Shown: piece by piece, positions 1 through 5,953 of the stretch
Numbering within the stretch: the stretch's first letter is position 1
How the letters are laid out: each line of letters begins with the position of its first letter
Origin: Bdellovibrionales bacterium
GTDB taxonomy: Bacteria; Bdellovibrionota; Bdellovibrionia; Bdellovibrionales; JAGQZY01
Direction of reading: 5' to 3'
DNA: 14,612 nt
Assembly (NCBI GenBank): GCA_031426555.1
Contig: JANPLN010000004.1
Span: 1 to 14,612, forward strand
Position numbers and translations under genes: made by a program
The notes under the pieces: generated by a model
Databases searched by the model: none
What the model was told of the DNA's origin: nothing
The model's input: only the letters and a program-made list of their open reading frames with translations

Positions 1-1
1 C

Positions 2-110
2 CTACTTTTGGCATGCTGTAAGTGTTTGGAATTATGTATTAAAGCTTGAAGCAGCTTTTCACCGTGCCACCGGCAGACGGAAAAGCGCTTAACAACTGAC
101 TAAAAAGTAG
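2..110. repeat. Nested inverted-repeat element (outer 8-bp IR plus long bulged inner hairpin); REP/MITE-like or structured RNA
   Basis: CTACTTTT (2-9) pairs with AAAAGTAG (103-110). Inner bulged stem 49-90: AAGC/GCTT, GCTTTT/AAAAGC, CCGT/ACGG, GCC/GGC around loop ACC. No ORF here in the track. Confidence 0.45.
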
Positions 111-170
111 CCAATCAAACCATCTAGTTCTGGCGGCGGGCGTCTTCTCCTGGCGATGCCGCAGGGCGAT

Positions 171-199
171 TTTCCAGATGGGCTTGTGTCGTCCATACT
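171..199 (+). promoter_or_regulatory. Putative sigma70-type promoter of the M23 peptidase gene
   Basis: TTTCCA (171-176), 17-nt spacer, CATACT (194-199). Predicted +1 falls near ATG 206. No Shine-Dalgarno before either ATG. Confidence 0.3.
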
Positions 200-1486
200 A
201 TGTATATGGTCTATAACAAATCTATTGCCCTCCTTGTTGGTTCTATTCTCTTTGGTTCCTTTGTCGGCTACGGAATGCTTTATTTTTCAGCAGGCAATGA
301 AACCTCGATCCAAGATTTAAAAACTCCTGACACAATTGTGGACCTTCCAGTCATTCCGCTCGAGGAAGAATTTCCCCATGTGATCCCGCCAAAATCCAGT
401 TTGTTTTTGGTGCTGCGTGAACTGGACGTAGAACCTCAGTTGATTCATGAAGTGGTGCAGGCCTCAAAGCCTGTCTATAATCTGTCTCGCATGCATCCTG
501 GAATTCGCTTTCAACTCAAATACGATTCCCTCAGTGGAACGCAGCTCACGCAAATTCAATTTCGTTTATCTGCCCTGGAAAAATTGACGTTAAAGCGCGA
601 GCCCACTGGTTGGCGCGCCGAAAAAACCATCGAACAAGTGGATATTCAGATTGTGCACTTTTCGGGGACTGTGAATTCAAGCTTGTGGGACTCCGCCGTG
701 AAAGCAGGAATGGATCCTGATCTGATTTCGGAGCTTGCAGATATCTTTGGCTGGGAAGTGGATTTCTCCCGCGAAGTTCGCGTGAATGATCGCTGGCGGC
801 TTTCGTTGGAGCAAAAGATAGTGAAGGGTCAACCCGTGGGCTGGGGTGCTATTTTAGCGGCGGAGTATATTAATAGCGGCGAAGTGCACCAAGCGGCTTT
901 GTTTCGCCTTGATAAAGAAGACCGCGGCTACTTCACACCTACAGGCCAGAGTTTGCGCAAAGTATTTTTAAAAAGCCCCATTCGCTATGGTCGCATCACA
1001 TCTGGTTTTAAGCGCCGACGCTTTCATCCCGTGCTGCAAATCTACCGCGCCCATCGAGGTGTGGATTACGGCGCACCCATCGGAACACCTGTACGCAGTG
1101 TGGGCGATGGCACCGTCATTTTTGCCGCCCGCAGTGGTGGCGGCGGCAATGTAATCAAAGTTCGCCACAATGCCACTTATCAAACGGCCTATAAACATTT
1201 AAATGGCTACGCCCGCGGCGTTCACAACGGCGCTCGCGTAAAACAAGGTCAAGTCATCGGTTTTGTAGGCAACACCGGAATGTCCACTGGTCCGCATTTG
1301 CATTTTGAATTTTATCAATCAGGAAACTACATCGATCCCCTTGGAAAAAGATTTCCTTCGGCAGAGCCTGTCCCCTCAGAGCATCTCACTTTTTTTAAAT
1401 CGTCGGCGGAGCGTTTATTAAAAACCCTGCCCGATTGGACGTCCAGTTCCATGAGCGCCGACAGACGGATGCCTTCGGAAATTTGA
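200..1486 (+). CDS. Peptidoglycan DD-metalloendopeptidase, M23 family (MepM/Csd3-like), N-terminal membrane anchor
   Basis: 428-aa ORF with hydrophobic N-terminus (IALLVGSILFGSFVGYGMLYF) and M23 zinc motifs HRGVDYG (HxxxD) and STGPHLHFE (HxH); typical RFHPVL and VKQGQVIGFVGNTG segments. The start may be ATG 206. Confidence 0.93.
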   Translation: MYMVYNKSIALLVGSILFGSFVGYGMLYFSAGNETSIQDLKTPDTIVDLPVIPLEEEFPHVIPPKSSLFLVLRELDVEPQLIHEVVQASKPVYNLSRMHPGIRFQLKYDSLSGTQLTQIQFRLSALEKLTLKREPTGWRAEKTIEQVDIQIVHFSGTVNSSLWDSAVKAGMDPDLISELADIFGWEVDFSREVRVNDRWRLSLEQKIVKGQPVGWGAILAAEYINSGEVHQAALFRLDKEDRGYFTPTGQSLRKVFLKSPIRYGRITSGFKRRRFHPVLQIYRAHRGVDYGAPIGTPVRSVGDGTVIFAARSGGGGNVIKVRHNATYQTAYKHLNGYARGVHNGARVKQGQVIGFVGNTGMSTGPHLHFEFYQSGNYIDPLGKRFPSAEPVPSEHLTFFKSSAERLLKTLPDWTSSSMSADRRMPSEI

Positions 1487-1532
1487 TCTCATTCTGAGAC
1501 AGGATTTTTCTGAAACAGTCTCTCTTGTAGAT
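1487..1532. promoter_or_regulatory. Pair of palindromic sites, candidate enhancer (UAS) for the downstream sigma54 promoter
   Basis: TCTC-ATTCT-GAGA (1487-1499) and imperfect GTCTC-TCTTG-TAGAT (1518-1532). Centres are 32 bp apart, about -133 and -101 from the predicted +1. Confidence 0.45.
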
Positions 1533-1599
1533 GGAATGGTCAGTCGTTAGCTTTCAAAACCTCAGCTCGTTTTAGCGTGGCTTTGAGCGAACAAATCGG

Positions 1600-1615
1600 T
1601 GGCACTCCAATTGCT
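1600..1615 (+). promoter_or_regulatory. Sigma54 (RpoN) -24/-12 promoter
   Basis: TGGCAC-TCCAA-TTGCT matches TGGCAC-N5-TTGC(A/T) exactly. It lies 28 nt before ATG 1644, with SD AGGGGGAG in between. Confidence 0.8.
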
Positions 1616-1643
1616 CTTAACTTAAGAAAACTTAGGGGGAGCC

Positions 1644-2963
1644 ATGAAACAATCAATTTTAAAAAAAACCGTCGCATGTTTAGTTATTTCATCTTTATTT
1701 ATTACTCTTTCAGCTTGCGACAGCGAACATAATGTCAAAAATAATAAGAGAACACTAGATACTGGCGCAATTTCAGCAAACTCGCAGCTTTCCAGCGAGG
1801 AAAAGGCTGAACGCCTAGCTCTGGCCGCCGAAGAGCTATTAACTCCAGATGGTTTTATTTATGCCACTGATGTTCTTGATGAAGCATTAAAACATGACTC
1901 CAATAACAAAAGAGCTCAACTCTATAGATCCTTGATGGAGCAAACACTCGCTCTCAAGGGAATTTTGAAGCGAGTCACACCTTTGATGAACCAATACCCT
2001 CACCTCAAAGAACAACACCAATTACAAGTAAAAAGTATGGAAAATACAACAGTGATGAACGCTTATCTCTTGGATGGTCAGGAGGATATAAAATCAGAAG
2101 AAGATGTTCAAACTTTTCTAGATAGTTTTTATGAAAAACAAGAAGCTTTTAGACAATTTTTAATTAAAAACAAGGATCTAGAAATCACATTAAACTACAG
2201 TGCGTGGCTCAAAGAAGTTTCTTACAACACCGAACAAAAATGTAAGGTCTTCAGAGCTCCGAACGGCCAGTTTGAGCTTTTTAACTGCGAAGACTACAAA
2301 CCAGTCAGTGTAAAATTAAATCGCGCCGATAATGAAACTTTGCAGCAGTATCTTGCGGGTGGACAGATCACCACAATCCTCGCGACAGCCTATAAAATCA
2401 ACGGTCTTGCACGACAGTTGGATATTGGCCTTGTTGCCAAAGCTTCTGCTCAGTCCATTGCGAGCAATCTTTTAGCTAACAGCGAATCCGCAGAACTCAG
2501 AAGTACAAATCGTCTTCTCAATGTATTAACTTTCGGTACAGACGGTATTGCCGCCATTCAATGGGCCAAATCATCACAGAAGTCATTATGTAACGACACT
2601 CACCCGGACTTACCAGAACGCCCTGGAATGCTATTTTTCGAAGGGCTCTGTTTATCTAAATACTCGCACCAGAAGAAAACAGCTCTCGATCAAATTAGTG
2701 CCACTGTGGCCTCAGCCATTTCGGGTCAGCATATTCTCGCCCGCAGCGGAACATTTGAAACTACTTTGAACCCAAATGTTTTAATCACTCAACCGATTCA
2801 AGATTTAAAGAAGCTCAAGCCGCGCTTTGATGTGTGTGATCAGCTTGTGAATGTTGACGACAAATCCGTGGGCGGCCTCTTTGTTAAAAAAGACGCTGTG
2901 GCCTACCTTACGGCTGTCAACAGCTACTGCGGCCCTGCTAACGGACGAAGCAATGCTCAATAA
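1644..2963 (+). CDS. Hypothetical lipoprotein with an N-terminal TPR-like helical segment and six Cys in the mature region
   Basis: 439 aa; SD AGGGGGAG; basic N-terminus, hydrophobic stretch and lipobox LSAC; TPR-like AEELL...ATDVLDEALKHDSNNKRAQLYRSLM. No catalytic motif recognised. Confidence 0.85.
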   Translation: MKQSILKKTVACLVISSLFITLSACDSEHNVKNNKRTLDTGAISANSQLSSEEKAERLALAAEELLTPDGFIYATDVLDEALKHDSNNKRAQLYRSLMEQTLALKGILKRVTPLMNQYPHLKEQHQLQVKSMENTTVMNAYLLDGQEDIKSEEDVQTFLDSFYEKQEAFRQFLIKNKDLEITLNYSAWLKEVSYNTEQKCKVFRAPNGQFELFNCEDYKPVSVKLNRADNETLQQYLAGGQITTILATAYKINGLARQLDIGLVAKASAQSIASNLLANSESAELRSTNRLLNVLTFGTDGIAAIQWAKSSQKSLCNDTHPDLPERPGMLFFEGLCLSKYSHQKKTALDQISATVASAISGQHILARSGTFETTLNPNVLITQPIQDLKKLKPRFDVCDQLVNVDDKSVGGLFVKKDAVAYLTAVNSYCGPANGRSNAQ

Positions 2964-3327
2964 AAAAATGTTTTTCATGGGAGCACCTCTTTTGGCGCTC
3001 CTTATTCCGTTAAAAGCCTTCGCTCTCACCTCCACTGGAGAAATTACTGGTTTTAAAATGAAATCCTGTGGCGAGTCCAAATGCTTCGCAGTCACTGCCG
3101 AAAAAATGAACGAAGGTCTTTTGGCTGGGAATTACTTTTCAAAAACCGCCAAATTTTCGGTAGAAAACAAGAACACTAAGAAAAAGATTATCGAGCTAGA
3201 AACACAAAGTTTATACTACGATAATATCCATAACTTCATTTACATTAAAGATGTGGTTGGTGAAAAGGCTCAGTACTCTTACGAGATTTCAACCGAGACT
3301 CTTCAACGCTTTCCATTAAAAAACTAA
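2953..3327 (+). CDS. Small secreted beta-rich hypothetical protein (124 aa), possibly LptC/OstA-like beta-jellyroll
   Basis: Start reassigned to ATG 2953 (MLNKKMFF...), overlapping the upstream stop by 11 nt. Sec signal ending in AFA; CGESKC pair; LETQSLYYDNIHNFIYIKDVV resembles Lpt-type beta strands (fold call is weak). Confidence 0.75.
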   Translation: MLNKKMFFMGAPLLALLIPLKAFALTSTGEITGFKMKSCGESKCFAVTAEKMNEGLLAGNYFSKTAKFSVENKNTKKKIIELETQSLYYDNIHNFIYIKDVVGEKAQYSYEISTETLQRFPLKN

Positions 3328-3353
3328 GGGCTGTTGACGTTTCGTCGCGCGGC

Positions 3354-3368
3354 TTCTCAACTTGAGAA
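3354..3368. promoter_or_regulatory. Perfect palindrome TTCTCAA-C-TTGAGAA (TCTC-N5-GAGA family) between convergent genes
   Basis: 7-bp perfect inverted repeat with a 1-nt centre; same core as 1487-1499 and 13697-13709. Confidence 0.4.
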
Positions 3369-3390
3369 AATTCTAAAATTCGCTAGTCGA

Positions 3391-3828
3391 TTAGCGTCGC
3401 GGCTTCTGCCATGGCTTACTATGGTCAGCTTGATCATAGATGAGCATCTGATGGGCAATTGGCTTAAGATTCTCTTCGATATAGTCGCAGAATCCAACCA
3501 GCATCTTTGTGCTTCCTCGACCAATTTTCGAAAGACAATACTCAACTCGCGGGGGAATTTCGGGGTAACTCATGCGCTCTATGAAGCCGACTCTTTCGAG
3601 CCTTCGCAACGTTTGCGCTAACATTTTTTCTGATATGCCAGGCACAAGACGTTTTAGCTCGGCATTGCGCAAGACTTCGTTTTCACTAAGCGCACGTAAT
3701 ATCAAAAGACCCCAAAGTCCGGTCAGAGAATCGACGATCTCGCGGGCCGGGCAATTTTGATTCAACAAGTCACCCCGCTTAGGTAGCGACTTTAAGATAG
3801 TTTTTATTTTTCGATCATCTAATTTCAT
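3391..3828 (-). CDS. HxlR/DUF24-family winged-helix transcriptional regulator (YodB/HypR/QsrR-like, thiol/quinone sensing)
   Basis: Motifs CPAREIVDSLTGLWGLLIL, LKRLVPGISEKMLAQTLRRLE and YPEIPPRVEYCLSKIG. Start placed at ATG 3828 (MKLDD) with GAAGGG upstream. Divergent from azoR. Confidence 0.92.
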   Translation of the reverse strand: MKLDDRKIKTILKSLPKRGDLLNQNCPAREIVDSLTGLWGLLILRALSENEVLRNAELKRLVPGISEKMLAQTLRRLERVGFIERMSYPEIPPRVEYCLSKIGRGSTKMLVGFCDYIEENLKPIAHQMLIYDQADHSKPWQKPRR

Positions 3829-3882
3829 ACTTACCCTTCGGTGCGTACTTCCTAAAAGAAGGTAAAGAGACTTATAGTAAGT
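3828..3882. promoter_or_regulatory. Candidate HxlR operator array in the divergent spacer
   Basis: TACTTAC-N6-GTGCGTA (3828-3847), TACTTCC-N5-GAAGGTA (3846-3864) and ACTTA-TAG-TAAGT (3870-3882): repeated ACTT/AAGT half-sites resembling DUF24-family operators. Confidence 0.55.
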
Positions 3883-3923
3883 ATAGAACAACCCATCTTA
3901 TTAGTCTAGTGGAGGCAAAACTT

Positions 3924-4529
3924 ATGAAACCTATTCTCTTAATTCAGGCCAGCCCTCAGGGTGAACATTCACTGAGCCGGAAGATTGCTGGCGAATTTTT
4001 AAGTCAGTATGCGGTGCGCTTTGGTAAGAAGCCCGTAACAGAGCGCGATCTCACAAAAGATCCACTCCCCCATATCTCGGGCGAGTTTGTCGCTGCGATG
4101 TTCGTACCCCCCGAAAACCGTACCCCAGACATGGTAAAAACGCTAGCTCAAGGGAATCAGTTGGTTGACGAGCTGTTAGCTCACGACGAAATCTTTATTT
4201 CTACTCCGATGTATAACAACACTGTTCCATCTTCGCTAAAAGCATGGATCGACCATATAGTTTTACCGGGTCGAACATTTAACTTTGGGCCGAATGGGAT
4301 CAAAGGACTACTTGAGGGTAAAGTGCTGTATTTTATTTGCGCAACAGGCGACATGTATTCAACTGGGCCTCGCCAACACGAAGACTTTCTCACGCCATAC
4401 ATCAAGCAAATCATGGGTGTCATTGGGATAAAGGACGTGCGACCTATTTATGTCGAAGGTATAGTGCGCGATCGAGAAGCTGCTTTATCTAACGCGAGAA
4501 AGCATATTGAGTCTGCTCTGAAAGGTTAA
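3924..4529 (+). CDS. azoR: FMN-dependent NADH-azoreductase / quinone reductase (Flavodoxin_2 family)
   Basis: Motifs ILLIQASPQGEHSLSR, ERDL and LVDELLAHDEIFISTPMYNNTVPSSLKAWIDHI...GRTF. SD GGAGG at 3911-3915 supports ATG 3924 (201 aa). Confidence 0.9.
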   Translation: MKPILLIQASPQGEHSLSRKIAGEFLSQYAVRFGKKPVTERDLTKDPLPHISGEFVAAMFVPPENRTPDMVKTLAQGNQLVDELLAHDEIFISTPMYNNTVPSSLKAWIDHIVLPGRTFNFGPNGIKGLLEGKVLYFICATGDMYSTGPRQHEDFLTPYIKQIMGVIGIKDVRPIYVEGIVRDREAALSNARKHIESALKG

Positions 4530-4553
4530 AAAGAGTTGCGGCAAAGTTGCGAT

Positions 4554-4582
4554 TTAATACAGAAAATTAATACAGAAAATTA
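4554..4582. repeat. 13-bp tandem duplication abutting the purF stop codon
   Basis: TTAATACAGAAAA at 4554-4566 and 4567-4579, followed by TTA (4580-4582, the purF stop on the minus strand). Confidence 0.8.
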
Positions 4583-5953
4583 GTAAAGCGGCGTTGGATA
4601 CTCGCCACCAAAGCAGGCCGAGCAAAAGGTTTTTTCGGTTTCTGACTGCGACGCTTTGATCAACCCTTCGCTGGATACATAAGCTAAACTGTCGGCACCA
4701 ATAAAATCACAAATTTCTTTCACACTTTTATTGGCCGCGATCAGTTCGGTCTTTTGGGGTGTGTCCACACCGTAGTAGCAGGGGCTCACCGTGGGCGGCG
4801 CTGCAATCCGCATATGAACTTCTTTGGCTCCAAACTGGCGAATCAGTCCTACGATTTTTTTACTGGTGGTTCCGCGCACGATGGAATCATCCACCACGAT
4901 CACCCGCTTGCCTTTTAAAATTTCGGACTGCGGATTTAATTTGATCTTTACGCCAAAGTTACGAATGCTTTGTTTTGGTTCAATAAATGTTCGGCCCACA
5001 TAGTGGTTGCGAATAATACCCAACTCAAAAGGCAAACCACTGGCTTCGGCATACCCCAAAGCCGACGGCACTCCACTGTCTGGTACCGGAATCACGATAT
5101 CCGCATCGATGGGATTTTCCCGGGCCAGCTGGCGTCCGAGTTCTTTACGCACTTGATACACACTGCGACCAAAGACTTTCGAATCAGGTCTGGCAAAATA
5201 CACATATTCAAAAACGCAGGGTCGCTTGTTTGTGACTTCTTTAAACGTGGCAGTGTAAGCTCCCTTGTCGTCACACCAAAATATTTCTCCAGGGGCAATC
5301 TCGCGAACAAATTCCGCGCCGATGAGATCAAAGGCGCAGGTCTCTGAAGCCAAAACCCAGGCCGTCCCTGCTTCGTGTTTTAGTTTTCCCAGGACCAGCG
5401 GCCTAAAGCCATTGGCGTCGCGCATGCCAATCATCATATCGCGACTCAACATCGCCATGCTAAAGGCGCCTTCGAGCTTGGGCAGCTCTTGCTTTAAACA
5501 TTCTACAAGATCATTGCTCTCGTTTCGCGAAACCAAATGTAGTAAAATCTCTGTGTCGTTGGTTCCTTGAAAAATCGAACCTTTGGCTTGCAGCTCCCGG
5601 CGAAGCTTGGCGCTGTTGACGATGTTTCCGTTGTGCGCAAGCGACACCGGCCCGTTGTACAATACGGCCTTGAGGGGCTGGATATTAAAGCGCTCATTTT
5701 CACCGGTTGTGGAATATCGATTGTGCCCAATGGCCGCAAGACCCTTGAGGCGATCCAGAGCGGCTTCCTGAAACACATCGGCCACAAGACCAAAACCTTT
5801 ATGCTCGAGATGTTGGTTTTCGAAAAGGGAAACCACTCCTGAAGCTTCTTGCCCTCGATGCTGAAGAGCATAGAGACCCAGATAGGCCATTCGACTGGCT
5901 TCGGGATGGTTCCAGATTCCAAAGACCGCACACTCATCACGCCAGGTTTTCAA
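4580..5953 (-). CDS. purF: Amidophosphoribosyltransferase, propeptide / 4Fe-4S type
   Basis: TTG start with SD GGAGG. Propeptide MKTWRDE before nucleophile Cys (CAVFGI); LQHRGQE, GHNRYST, HNGN, PRPP loop VIVVDDSIVRGTT; cluster-type Cys in PCVFEYVY, PCYYGVD, FCSACF. Confidence 0.98.
   Translation of the reverse strand: MKTWRDECAVFGIWNHPEASRMAYLGLYALQHRGQEASGVVSLFENQHLEHKGFGLVADVFQEAALDRLKGLAAIGHNRYSTTGENERFNIQPLKAVLYNGPVSLAHNGNIVNSAKLRRELQAKGSIFQGTNDTEILLHLVSRNESNDLVECLKQELPKLEGAFSMAMLSRDMMIGMRDANGFRPLVLGKLKHEAGTAWVLASETCAFDLIGAEFVREIAPGEIFWCDDKGAYTATFKEVTNKRPCVFEYVYFARPDSKVFGRSVYQVRKELGRQLARENPIDADIVIPVPDSGVPSALGYAEASGLPFELGIIRNHYVGRTFIEPKQSIRNFGVKIKLNPQSEILKGKRVIVVDDSIVRGTTSKKIVGLIRQFGAKEVHMRIAAPPTVSPCYYGVDTPQKTELIAANKSVKEICDFIGADSLAYVSSEGLIKASQSETEKTFCSACFGGEYPTPLY

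Noticed and set aside
9..69. TGGCAT (9-14, +) and TGGCAC (minus strand near 64-69) as further sigma54 promoters
   Set aside because: Neither has the TTGC -12 element at the required spacing.
41..95. GAAGCAGC as an SRP RNA motif, and GCTTAAC as an integron attC start
   Set aside because: The SRP CAGG...GGAA tetraloop context is missing; there is no matching GTTRRRY end and no integrase.
3325..3344. TAAGGGCTGTTGACGTTTCG resembles an IS/MITE terminal inverted repeat
   Set aside because: No matching opposite end (GAAACGTCAACAGCCC) or transposase was found in the window; the resemblance is from memory only.
968..4423. Short alternative ORFs 968-1198, 2548-2769, 2805-3095, 3334-3621, 3357-3545, 3572-3760, 4181-4423
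   Set aside because: They overlap better-supported CDSs on the opposite strand or in another frame, with no recognisable features.
4534..4582. Short repeats as a CRISPR remnant
   Set aside because: Units are 7-13 bp, the 13-mers are directly adjacent with no spacer, and no cas genes are present.
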